Assembly (NCBI GenBank): GCA_964016885.1
Contig: OZ024750.1
Coordinates: 15,376,001-15,440,000 of the forward strand
DNA length: 64,000 nt
DNA from: Eledone cirrhosa
Lineage: Eukaryota
Reading direction: 5' to 3'
This document shows positions 41,630 to 54,407 of this stretch, one piece after another. A model generated the notes under the pieces. That model was not told the DNA's origin, searched no databases, and saw only the letters and a program-made list of their open reading frames with translations. The number at the start of each line of letters is the position of its first letter. The stretch's first letter is position 1. Both the position numbers and the translations under genes were made by a program.

Positions 41630-43277
41630 CTGGAAAAAATAATTCAAAAGCAACCATTCCAGAGTTTGGTAATATTAAATCAAATAATGAAATGCTTGTA
41701 ACAAATTGAACTCTATTAAAGACTAGACCTGTGGTAGTGTTAAGTCAGAAGATAGATTAAGTCTACTCTCCAAGAACAGGAACAGTCCATCTAATAGGTT
41801 TCTACATAATTTCTGTCTACTGAATTTCTCTCACAAATCTTGGGTCAACTTAAAATTAGAGTAGATAACACTTACTAAATATAGCCATCCATAGGTCAAA
41901 CATGGAACCACATAACTAATAAATCTCTTCAAATTATTGATTATTTACAAAATTAATTAAAAACATGTAGTGTTTCATTAAAAATATGGTAATACTATGA
42001 AATTTAGGCTAAGTAGCAGAATCATCATCCTTATCTTTCCCTTCTAGCAATGGTTGGAAGGGTCATAACAGCAATCCTGACAGTTTTCATATCCAGATGA
42101 TATCACTCAAGGAAACGATTTTTTTTTTTTTTTTTTTTACATTAGAGAGTGGAATGATTTCTACTTTAAACCTTTAGCATTTAAATTGGCCATATCCAGC
42201 CAGAATTCTCTCACTTCTTTCTGTTCAAACCGACCGTAACTGGCCAGTCATACTGATGTTAAGGTATTGATCTCAAAATAAATAGTATCAAAATCTCATA
42301 GATTTGATATTATGTGAGATAATTATGTGAGGTAAAGCCTTTACCATGAAAATATAATAGTAAATATAGAGTAATGTAAATGCTAAAGAGTTAAACTCAA
42401 GGCCAGTAAATATGGGGAAGGAAAAAAGCTAAATATATCAACCCCAGTAATTGACTGGTACATTATTTTATTGACCCCCAAAAGGATGAAAGGCAAAGTT
42501 GGCCACAAGATTTGAACTCAAAACAAAAAGAGCTCTATATTTACTATTGTATTTTCACGGTAAACACTTTATTTCATATAATTATCTCACATAATATCGA
42601 ATCTATGAGATTTTGATATTATTTATTTTGAGAACAATACCTTAAAATAAGTATAAGTGGCTACCTACGGCCGGTTTGAACAGAGGAGAGAAAATTCTGG
42701 CGACATATGACCGGGTTAAGTAAATACAGCAACACATTTCCCCCATCATTCTAATAATCTTACCAACGCCTCTCTATTGGAAAAATAACCTTCTCCATTA
42801 GAAGATGGTATAACCTACAGCAGTTGTGTTGAATAAAAACTTGAAGCAGAAATATTTGGCACATCTACAGAAGTACAGGGACAGATATTTAACCAGAAGA
42901 ATAAATGGGATAATGAATAATTTTCTTCTTCTTTTTTTTGTGCCTTGTTCAAGATGGAATCCATTTTCTGACAGCTGTGAACTGAAATTAAAGCAGGTGA
43001 CAATTGCATTTTTCTATATGCCTCCATCGATAACAGTATTATTGGCATGCTTTACCTTCATAAATATCTTAATTCAGAAGAAGATTCACATCATATATAT
43101 TTTAAATAAAGTATATGTTAACCACTTAACACTTAATATAGGAACGTAAAGCAGAATGAGAGAAAGGAACAGAGATGTAAGTTGATTCTCTCTTTTTTGA
43201 AATTCCACAATTATATATATATATATATATATATATCATCATCATCATCGGACGTTAAACGATGATGATGATGATGA

Positions 43278-43355
<78 letters not shown>

Positions 43356-43977
43356 GTATATATATATGTTCGATTTCAATAATTTATTCTTCACCACCTG
43401 TATATGTAGGTGGCTGTGTGGTTACAGGGTTTGGTTCACAACCACATGGAATCAGGTTTAGTCCCACTGGGTGACACTTTGGGGGCAAGTGTCTTCTACT
43501 ATAGGCGTGGGTTGACCAGTACCTTGTGAGTGGAATTTAAGTGGATAGAAACTGTGTAGAAGCCTGTCATGTATGTGAGCATATGTGTACCCATGTTTTT
43601 GTTTATATTTACTGTTTGTTTATGTTCCATAACTTAGCAGTTTAACAAAAAGAGATTGATAAAATAGGTACCAGATTTGAAAAAATAAGTACTGGCATTT
43701 CTAGCATCAACCAAATCCTTTCAAGGGGTGTGATAACATTGCTACAACTACTGATAGAATAAAAGACTAAATGCAAAGAAAGAATGTATCTTTCAGTCTC
43801 TCAGGTTTATATATATCTGTACAATATCCATATTATATATATATATATATAATGTAGGAGGTGAGTTTTATTGTAGCACAATAAAGCAATGCAAATATCG
43901 GATAAGTAGCACTCTACAGTTTGTAGGACTGGAGTATAAATAATATAAGATCAAAAGATGGTTAAAAGAGTTCCAAG

Positions 43978-44048
43978 TATTTTATTATGTGCATTTCAAA
44001 AACAAATGTCATCATGGGATGATATCTGCGTTCTCATCAGATAAAATA
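43978..44048 (-). ncRNA. Type I hammerhead ribozyme motif (long stem II), sense to HLCS
   Basis: Minus strand TATTTTAT-CTGATGA-gaacgcagat atcat ccc atgat gac atttgttttt-GAAA-TG ca CA-TA^ATAAAATA. 8-bp stem I and intact core. Confidence 0.65.
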
Positions 44049-44510
44049 GGGATACATGATATGAAGCTTAAAAAACACTTGTGAATAGTGAAGTTTTAAA
44101 TCAACATATTTTGATTTAAAACTTCACTATTCACAAGTGAATTACTGGTACTTTATTTGAGAAAGTTAGTTATATTACTAAATCTTTTCAAATGGTAATG
44201 AAAATGTTAAATCTATTTTCTGACCGCTACAATTTTAAATTGAATATTGATTGTACTTTTATGTCTTCCTCCACTTGATAACATATTGGCTGGAGTACTC
44301 AATACTTACAACTTCTTTGACCACATATTCCCGAGAGGGTGGTGGAGGCAGAATCCTCAAACACTTACAGATATTTTAATTTAGAATGAGATCTACATCA
44401 TATTTATATAAAATAAACTATATTTTAACCATTCACTGTAAAGTGTACAGAACGGAAGGAATGGGAGATGGTAAGAGTTTGTCTTCATTCTTTATTCTAT
44501 AAATATATAA

Positions 44511-44541
<31 letters not shown>

Positions 44542-44892
44542 ACATTACAAAATCATGAGACAACTTTGTGTTCAATTTCAATACTTTCTCCTTCATCATC
44601 ATCATTCTCTCTCGCTCTCGCTCTCTCTCGCTATATATATATATGCTTTGGCCTCTTAGATTTCTTAAGTACAGGTCTGTTCTATGATTGTATGGCAAGA
44701 AGAATTACATTTCAAGGAAATATTGGCTATCTCCTTGCAGCTGTTGTGTTTTGTATATTCTGAAGTGAAGTTATGAAGAATAAGTTACTAAAATTGAGCA
44801 TATAGCTATCTCTGGATTTTATCATTTTAAGAAGGAAAAGTGTTTGAATATATGTAGAATTAACAAAGATAGACAATCTGTTGCTCTCTCTC

Positions 44893-45625
<733 letters not shown>

Positions 45626-45689
45626 TCACAGTTTTATGTCCGTTCTTCCACGCCAGCATGGGGTTAGATGGGTTGTCATGTTGTGAGCA

Positions 45690-45747
<58 letters not shown>

Positions 45748-47215
45748 TAAAGTATAGAATTTGTTATATATATATATATATATATCCTGCAAAAAGTGGC
45801 TTAACCCTTTAGTGTTCAAACCGGCCAAAACCGGCCAGAGTTCTCTACTTCTTTCTGTTGAAACTGGCTGTAACTGGTTGCTCAAACTGATGTTAAGGTA
45901 TTGTTCTCAAAATAAATACTTTCAAAATCTCATAAATTCGATATTATGTGAGATAATTATGTGAGGTAAAGCCTTTACCATGAAAATATAATAGTATATA
46001 TAGAGCAATGTGAATGTTAAAGGGTTAAATATACTCGGTTTGATATAAATAAGATGAATCTTATTGGAATTAAGGTTTTTTTTATGAGTCTAAAGTATAA
46101 CAACTTTCTTATTGTTGGAGGCAAATAGAGAAAAGCAATTACCAGTCAATGTAAATATTGGTTTGAGACTGACAGAAAATAGATTTAATTAAGGACAAGA
46201 CACCCAAGAAAAGAAAAGGTTGAAAGAGAAATCTAGAATATTCTACCTTGAAAATGAAAGTAGAAAAATGTAATTCTTATAATTTTATCTACTTTAAACA
46301 ATTTTTTTACCTGTCTACTATCTATACACAGCTTTGACTAAGATATAACAGCTACACAGAGACTGAGTTTGTTTTCTCCTTGAAATTTCATCCTTCTTTG
46401 AGTTCAATGAATATTACACAGGCCATTACTGAAGAAGGATCAGAGACCAAAACATACTTATACAAGTGGTGAAGAATAAATTGTTGAACATTTAGTTATT
46501 CTTGTAATTTTAATCTTAAAAAGGAAAAAAATATGAATCTAAACTATAATAAAGCAAGGAGTGGGGGACTGCATCCAGAATATATTTTTTTATCCCGTTT
46601 GTAAAATAAATTGGATTACTTTGAATAAATAAAGAATGAATATTACATAATTTATCTACTAAATTTCGTGGTTGTTCATTAAATATATTTTATTACTTAT
46701 TTAAAGATTCACTTCTTTAAAATTTTCAAATGTCAACACTTCCGGTTAGCGATCGCTTAAATAAACATTCATATATTTCCGTCACTAATTTTCTCCTGAT
46801 GCAGTTTATATATATCGTCTTTTTTTAATGTATCATGAATTACGTTAGACAGTGTAACGCAGTCTTCGTTCAATTTCTGTGTATATTGTCAATTACGATT
46901 TTATTTGATGTATCTTTAAAAATAAAAACTATTGGTGGAAAATTTCAATAGAAAATAATAGCTTCCAGCAAGTAAACTTATTAGAGTTGTTAATGTTTAC
47001 TGGTAAATAGTAGTAAGTTAATCAGTTGTTCCTAATCAGCCTTAATCAAGCAAACCTGATAAAAGTTGCAATCAACTATGATGAAAGTCAAATTTCAAAT
47101 AGAATTATCATAAGTAAAACAGTTTGTGTTGAGTTACAATGTCTTGGTTATCTCACCAATGACAACAATATCATATGGCTACACATACTCATATATATAT
47201 ATATATATATATATA

Positions 47216-48763
47216 TTCTAATTTCTGCCGGACCGGCAACCGCTCTTTCAAACCAGTTCCAGTACACAGCTAAGTATTCTATAAGTCTCTAGCTGTGTCA
47301 TTCTCGATAAAAGCACTGGATATGTAGTCCTGATGAATTCTAACAAGAATGAAACGCGTAGATTACTTCCCTTGCTTTTATCGAGAATCTAATTGTAATA
47401 CGTGACGTATTCTATTCTATAGCGATTAGGTCTTCAAAATGTTTATTATAAACATACAGAATATTTTCGAATATTCTATGTCTATACTCACATATATATC
47501 GCTATTTCAGAGCATTTATTCCAATTTCTAATTTCTGCCGGACCGGCAACCGCTCTTTCAAACCAGTTCCAGTACACAGCTAAGTATTCTATAAGTCTCT
47601 AGCTGTGTCATTCTCGATAAAAGCACTGGATATGTAGTCCTGATGAATTCTAACAAGAATGAAACGCGTAGATTACTTCCCTTGCTTTTATCGAGAATCT
47701 AATTGTAATACGTGACGTATTCTATTCTATAGCGATTAGGTCTTCAAAATGTTTATTATAAACATACAGAATATTTTCGAATATTCTATGTCTATACTCA
47801 CATATATATCGCTATTTCAGAGCATTTATTCCAATTTCTAATTTCTGCCGGACCGGCAACCGCTCTTTCAAACCAGTTCCAGTACACAGCTAAGTATTCT
47901 ATAAGTCTCTAGCTGTGTCATTCTCGATAAAAGCACTGGATATGTAGTCCTGATGAATTCTAACAAGAATGAAACGCGTAGATTACTTCCCTTGCTTTTA
48001 TCGAGAATCTAATTGTAATACGTGACGTATTCTATTCTATAGCGATTAGGTCTTCAAAATGTTTATTATAAACATACAGAATATTTTCGAATATTCTATG
48101 TCTATACTCACATATATATCGCTATTTCAGAGCATTTATTCCAATTTCTAATTTCTGCCGGACCGGCAACCGCTCTTTCAAACCAGTTCCAGTACACAGC
48201 TAAGTATTCTATAAGTCTCTAGCTGTGTCATTCTCGATAAAAGCACTGGATATGTAGTCCTGATGAATTCTAACAAGAATGAAACGCGTAGATTACTTCC
48301 CTTGCTTTTATCGAGAATCTAATTGTAATACGTGACGTATTCTATTCTATAGCGATTAGGTCTTCAAAATGTTTATTATAAACATACAGAATATTTTCGA
48401 ATATTCTATGTCTATACTCACATATATATCGCTATTTCAGAGCATTTATTCCAATTTCTAATTTCTGCCGGACCGGCAACCGCTCTTTCAAACCAGTTCC
48501 AGTACACAGCTAAGTATTCTATAAGTCTCTAGCTGTGTCATTCTCGATAAAAGCACTGGATATGTAGTCCTGATGAATTCTAACAAGAATGAAACGCGTA
48601 GATTACTTCCCTTGCTTTTATCGAGAATCTAATTGTAATACGTGACGTATTCTATTCTATAGCGATTAGGTCTTCAAAATGTTTATTATAAACATACAGA
48701 ATATTTTCGAATATTCTATGTCTATACTCACATATATATCGCTATTTCAGAGCATTTATTCCA

Positions 48764-48765
<2 letters not shown>
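47216..48765 (+). mobile_element. Retrozyme-like tandem array: 5 x 310-bp units, each with a type I hammerhead ribozyme
   Basis: ATTTCTGCCG recurs at 47221, 47531, 47841, 48151 and 48461 (period 310). Units are identical by eye. (TA)n lies on both sides. Confidence 0.88.
47300..47388 (+). ncRNA. Type I hammerhead ribozyme, copy 1 (further copies at +310, +620, +930, +1240)
   Basis: GTAGTC-CTGATGA-ATTC taacaa GAAT-GAAA-CGCG-TA^GATTAC. Stem I is extended by ATTCTCGATAAAAGCA / TGCTTTTATCGAGAAT across an internal loop. Predicted cleavage after 47360. Confidence 0.9.
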
Positions 48766-48824
<59 letters not shown>

Positions 48825-48836
48825 TGTGAGTGTGTG

Positions 48837-48960
48837 TGTTTATCCCGGGTTCAATCGGGAGTAACCATAGTAAGTAAGATACTCAATACATAGCAGAGAA
48901 ATGGCTTCCTGATGATTTCCTCTGAATAAAACAGTTCTAGTACTGTAGAAGCCATTTCTA
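48837..48960 (+). ncRNA. Degenerate hammerhead (GAAA>AAAA) joined to an inverted copy of the element tail
   Basis: ATGGCTTC-CTGATGA-tttcctctgaat-AAAA-CAG ttctagta CTG-TA-GAAGCCAT. Segment 48837-48908 is similar to the reverse complement of the tail at 28008-28086. Confidence 0.55.
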
Positions 48961-48963
48961 TAG

Positions 48964-49014
<51 letters not shown>

Positions 49015-49085
49015 ACAGGGAGAAAGAGACGATTATTAGGAAGAAAAATATTTTTTTTTCCTTTTTTATTTCTTTCTCTATATAT

Positions 49086-49440
49086 ATGTACCTACAATTG
49101 GCACACTCTGGTCCTTCACTTCATGGATACCTATCTAAAAGGCAATCCAGAGACAACAACAACCAATGCTCGCTGACTAACAGCCCTATCTACGACACAG
49201 GTATGTGTCAACGGACACATGTGGTATACCGGATTGAATGTAACAAATGTAAGGAGTTTTACATTGATAGCATGACTCAAGCACTTCACACCCGCATTAA
49301 AGAATAAATCAACACACACACATCCTCGTTCAAAAACACATCGACAAATGCAGAAACACCACCAAAAACATAAAAGTCACTATTGGAGCCAGAGAGGGAA
49401 ATATGGGCAATTTAAGAATTAAGGAAGCATTTCTCATGTG
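49086..49440 (+). mobile_element. Penelope-like element GIY-YIG endonuclease fragment (decayed)
   Basis: Translates CQRTHVVYRIECNKCKEFYIDSMTQALHTRIKE*, and downstream LRIKEAFL. This is the PLE pattern VVY.I.C..C...YIG.T...L..RIKEH. Confidence 0.8.
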
Positions 49441-49559
49441 AGCAAGATGAAACATTTGTAGTGAGGATCATTGTGAAGAAGCTAAGAGATATATCTAGGT
49501 CCTCCCTAGCTAATATAACTCCCCCACCTCCTCATGACCACTGATAGATATAAAATCAT

Positions 49560-49805
49560 CAATATTGATTGGTTGTGGATTTCACACAGCCAAGGTGCAT
49601 GACCTCTATTTTCAGCTTGCTAATTGTCAGTCCCCATTCTTTACAGGAATTATTCAAAGCGGTAGCTGCATTTAACAGACAGTGTGTACTTGATGTTGCT
49701 ATGGCTGCGTCATCTGCATATAAAAAGTCACCCTGTTTAGATGTACTGGTTAACTTTGGCTTAAGGCGACCTAAGTTGAAGAGGTTACCATCAAACTTGT
49801 AGTGC
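49560..49805 (-). mobile_element. LINE (RTE-like) RT fragment
   Basis: DGNLFNLGRLK...DFLYADDAAI...CKEWGLTISKLKIEVM. Confidence 0.8.
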
Positions 49806-50509
49806 ACATCAATACATACATAATTAAATACGTACAAACATACATATATATACATAAATACAAACATACAGGCACACATATATATTATTATATCATGACT
49901 CATACACTGTTTATTTTCCTGACATTTGTACATGATTCTATGTACTATACATGCACCTTTGATGAGTTGTAGTGCACCTGAGCACTGTACACAATAATTT
50001 CATTATTATTATTATTATTATTATATGTAAAATTATGATGATGATATATTCAAACAATATATACTCGTACACAGTCACCCACATACATAAACAAATATAT
50101 ATTCCTATATTTTCACATATGTACACAAATTCAATATATTGAATACATATATACATACATACATACATACGAGCATATATATGTACGTATGTAAAATTAT
50201 GATGATAATGATATATACAAACAACAATATATACTCATACACAGTCACACACATACATAAACATATATATATATATATAGTAATAATAATAAAATTGAAG
50301 ACTAAAATCCAAAGAGGGCTCGATAAGGAAAATATATATCAAATATATAAGAACCGTAGAGCAAATATTTATTAAAATAACAGATTAAAGTTTAAGCAAA
50401 GAATCGCTGCTTTCACCCTTAACGGGATCTTCTGAAACTCTGAGTTTCAGAAGATCCCGTTAAGGGTGAAAGCAGCGATTCTTTGCTTAAACTTTAATTT
50501 GTTATTTTA

Positions 50510-50574
<65 letters not shown>

Positions 50575-50777
50575 AACCAGTAAGACCCCGACAGCTGAGC
50601 TCAAGCCGTTTCGACGGCTAATTCTGGACTAAATCATTTAGTCCAGAATTAGCCGTCGAAACGGCTTGAGCTCAGCTGTCGGGGTCTTACTGGTTCCTAT
50701 TATCCACTCTACTACCTCAAGTATTGAGTACTTTGGTGCGTTATGGTCCACCTGGTTCCTTACCACATTTCCTTCGT

Positions 50778-50808
<31 letters not shown>

Positions 50809-50912
50809 CTATATTTTCACATATGTGCACAAATTCAATATATTGATTGAAAGAGAGATGTTCAAACCAAAATAAAAAAAATTGCAAAAGCTGACAATTG
50901 ACACTCACTGAC

Positions 50913-51095
50913 CTTTTCTGTTGAGAGAAGAGCAGCAGGTGTGAGAGGTGGCAGTTGTGGGGCGCTAGAGTCAAGACCAAATCTAACAGACAATAAATCA
51001 CACAGCACCTCAAACCTAATTGTATTATGAGACTGTAGAGAGGCAAACATCTCTTTATTAGAAAGAAAATCAGTTGGATCTTTATCAAGGGCAGC
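50913..51095 (-). CDS. HLCS: HLCS coding exon 2
   Basis: TTGTAG|AALDKDPTDFLSNKEMFASLQSHNTIRFEVLCDLLSVRFGLDSSAPQLPPLTPAALLSTEK|GTCAGT. Matches HLCS FNLLKSSNFRRYEVLREIL...PALTPLYLLS. 183 nt, phase 0/0. Confidence 0.92.
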
Positions 51096-51794
51096 CTACA
51101 ACAAAACAAAACCAAAAAAATATAATAATAATTAGCAGATTGACAAATATAATAAGTAAAAAACATATACACATACATAATAATGTATAGGCATATGGCT
51201 TAGTGGTTAGAGCATTGGTCTTGCAATCGATAGGTTGTGAGTTCAATTCTCAGACCAGGTGATGTGTTGTTTCCTTGAGCAAGACACTTTATTTCACATT
51301 GCTCCAGTTTACTCAGCTGTAGAAATGAGATGATAGGGACTGGGGTCCCTATCATTCCACTGCAAAGTGGTCGTGGAGGTGCCACAGCAAAAAAGCACCC
51401 AGCACTCACTGTAAATGAGGTTGGTGTTAGGAAGGGCATCCAGCTGTAGAAATCAAGCCAGCATCAGTTCCCATCCCACCCTTGCAAGCAGGGAAAAAGC
51501 GGACGTAAAATGAAATGATGATGATGATGATGAAATGATAATTATACATACATAATTATACATACAAATCAAAATTCCATCCGTTACTTCAATTAATTCT
51601 CGAAAGTTAATGGTAAAAGTGATACCCATAACCCATAGAGGTAATACTTGTAGTTCTGAGTAGACACTGGATTTGTAGAATCATCATATAGAATATTTTG
51701 CAGCAGGCATATCAAACATGCGGCCCTTTACAAGCACACCGGCGGCCCACACAAAGGTTTTTACAGTGTGAGCATGTCTGCAAGTAGTATATCT

Positions 51795-51895
51795 GTTTCT
51801 GCATTTGTCAATGTGTTTTTGAATGAGGACATGTGTGTGTTGATTTGTTCTTTAATGCGAGTGTGAAGTGCTTGAGTCGTGCTACCAATGTAAAG
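51795..51895 (-). mobile_element. Second PLE GIY-YIG fragment, same family
   Basis: Minus strand YIGSTTQALHTRIKEQINTH. Nucleotide-similar to 49259-49357. Confidence 0.75.
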
Positions 51896-53469
51896 CTGTC
51901 TTCATGTAGTATATCTAGAGTAAATTCACCTGACTTGGCCCTGCCCTTACCTTTGTTAAATCTATAAACATGAGATGAAATCAGCATTGCAAGCTGGTAA
52001 AAACACTTATTGGCAGTAGCAGTAGAGGGTCAGACACTATGCTTTGCAGCAAAAAGTTACAGCCCTTTATGGTCTGAGTTCAAATCCCGCTGAGGTTAAC
52101 TTTACCTTTCATCCTTACATGGTTGATAAAATAAGTACCAGTAATGCACTGGGGTAATTGCTGGCCTTGTGCCAAAAGTAGAAACAATATAGTGATCCCA
52201 CTACAAACAACATAAACCATACTACTAGATATATTCTTTGTTTCTACCACTTCTTTTTTTCCTCCTCCCCCCCCCCCCCCCTTTCCACTCATGCTTCCCT
52301 GATTTTCTGTCTTTTTCATTTACTCCAAGAGAGAAAGTGAGAAAGAGATATACAAGAAGAGCCAATCTGAGTATTGGACTGCTACTGTTTTTATCAACCT
52401 CAAAAGCATGAAAAGCAATATTGACCTCAAAGAGCTGGCACAAATACTGCAAAGCAGCCATATCAACCTGAGGGTGCCCCAAGAGCCAAATGGGTCACAT
52501 ATGTGTTGTCTGAGGGCCACATGGGTCACATATGTGTTGTCTGAGGGCCAAATGGGTCACATATGTGTTGTCTGAGGACCACACACGACAACTAATTGCA
52601 CACATTACAACAATTTTTTTTCATTTTATATTACGAAGATAAAACATGCTCGAGCTGTAAAAACCTTTGTGCGGGTCGCATGTGTGCTTGTAAAGGGCCA
52701 CATGTGTGCTTGTAAAGGGCCGCATGTGTGCTTGTAAAGGGCCGCATGCAGCCCACGGGCCACATGTTTGACATGCCTGCTGCAAAGTAATCTATATGAA
52801 GACTCTGTAAATCCAGTATCTACTCAGAAATACATGCTAACAAAATACTTGTCAATTATATCATGTTCCCATTGTTTACAATGCTATATTGATAACTCAT
52901 TGGCTAATCATATACAATTAACTGGACTCAGCCATTGAGAGTTCAATATCTTTCATATAATTTTCTAACATAGGTACAAAGCCTGCAGTTTTAGAGGAGG
53001 AGAAAGTCAATCAAATCGACCCCAGTACTTTATTTTATCGACTCTGGGAGGATAAAAGGCAATGTTGACCTCAGCAAGATTTGAACTCAGAATGAAAAGA
53101 CCCAAGACAAATACTGTGAAGTAGTTTGTTTGGTAGTCTAATGATTCTGCCAATCCACCTACTTATCTTAGACATAATAAAAGCAGTGAGGGGATCCAAA
53201 TTGTAAAGCTTTTTACTCTTATAGAAGTAATTGTAAAACATTTCAATATGAAGTCATAACAGTGTTTTGATAGAATTCATAAACAAAATAACTCTCCGAA
53301 TGATATTCATAATTGTTATATTTTAGCTGTCAAATACCACAACAAGCCAGGTAACTTTCTGTACAACCTTCAAAATAAAAACTAGAGATAAAAAGAAACA
53401 AAAAATATAAAATAACAAAAATTAATTTTGTTTAAAGCCTACAAGTTTAGAGATGGACTTTTTAGTGTA

Positions 53470-53578
53470 TACACAGGGTATTCCTCCCAAAAATGTTTAC
53501 ACACTTCAGCAGCATTCTAATAAATATTGCCTGTACAGGTAATCAAAGTGTGTATACATTTTGGGGGGACACCCTGTA
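53470..53578. mobile_element. Small Tc1-type MITE (relative at 21524-21605)
   Basis: CAGGGTATTCCTCCCAAAAATG ... CATTTTGGGGGACACCCTG-TA. Confidence 0.55.
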
Positions 53579-53837
53579 TATAACCAATATAACAGTTTAG
53601 CATTAAAATCTATTTTCGGTATATAAAACATATTCATGAAATATCCTTTCAAGGCTACCAAGTCAATTTATGAAAACTTTAATCTTTATTTTTTATTGAT
53701 CTGAAATCAATACAGCTAATCAGACATTGATAATCTTTCTGATTAGACACAGTTGGGAAAATGACTATCTGCAGTATTAGTGTATGGTAAGATAATCAAT
53801 AATAAAGACACCCCATAAAACATAAATGGTGACTTAC

Positions 53838-54407
53838 CTGGGATAATATTAAGAGACCATTTTCAGAATTGCTTACAGATATTATCAAAGGTAATTTGGT
53901 TTCATTATCTTGCTTTCCTAAGACATTGAAAAATCCAGTAGGTAACTTTGAAGATTCAAAAGAAACATTAGACATAACAGGAGCCACCATAACTTTGCCT
54001 TGATATTCCATTTTCATTATGTTCCAAGTAAAGCAGGACTCATGGGGCGAAGGTTTTCTTTCAACAAAGTCAAAATGTAAAATAGATGCTCCAAAACAGA
54101 GGACTTTTCCTCCTTGAGCAAGATATTTTTGAAGAAGATCTGATAAAGCATTATTTGGTTCTTGTTCATTGCAATCAGAAGACAGAATAAGTAGTTCTGT
54201 ATTGTGTTCCCAAGGGTCACTAAACAATTGGTTTGGTTTCAGATGATAAATTAAATACTGGTCAGTATTAAGACAGAGGCACAAGATAGATTTAAGTTTA
54301 TCAAAATATTTCTCTATTTCTAATAAAGTAGTTTCATTATGGCTGCAACAAATATTAATTACTGGCGGCTTTGATGGTTTATCGAAAGGTTGAGAAAAAT
54401 CAGACAT
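53838..54407 (-). CDS. HLCS: Holocarboxylase synthetase (biotin-protein ligase), coding exon 1
   Basis: Translates MSDFSQPFDKPSKPPVINICC...QYLIYHL...DPWEHNTELLIL...YLAQGGKVLCFG...LILSQ, aligning by eye with vertebrate HLCS KAPNILLY...YILYHL...DPWTDNCLLLVI...YLSQGGKVLGL...VLCQ. ATG in AAAATG context with an in-frame TGA upstream (54438-54440). Donor CAG|GTAAGT after 53838. Likely exon acceptor TTTTCAG at 54534. Confidence 0.9.

Noticed and set aside
42815-43048. Possible additional HLCS exon
   Set aside because: No HLCS similarity, and exons 2 and 3 already join in frame without a gap.
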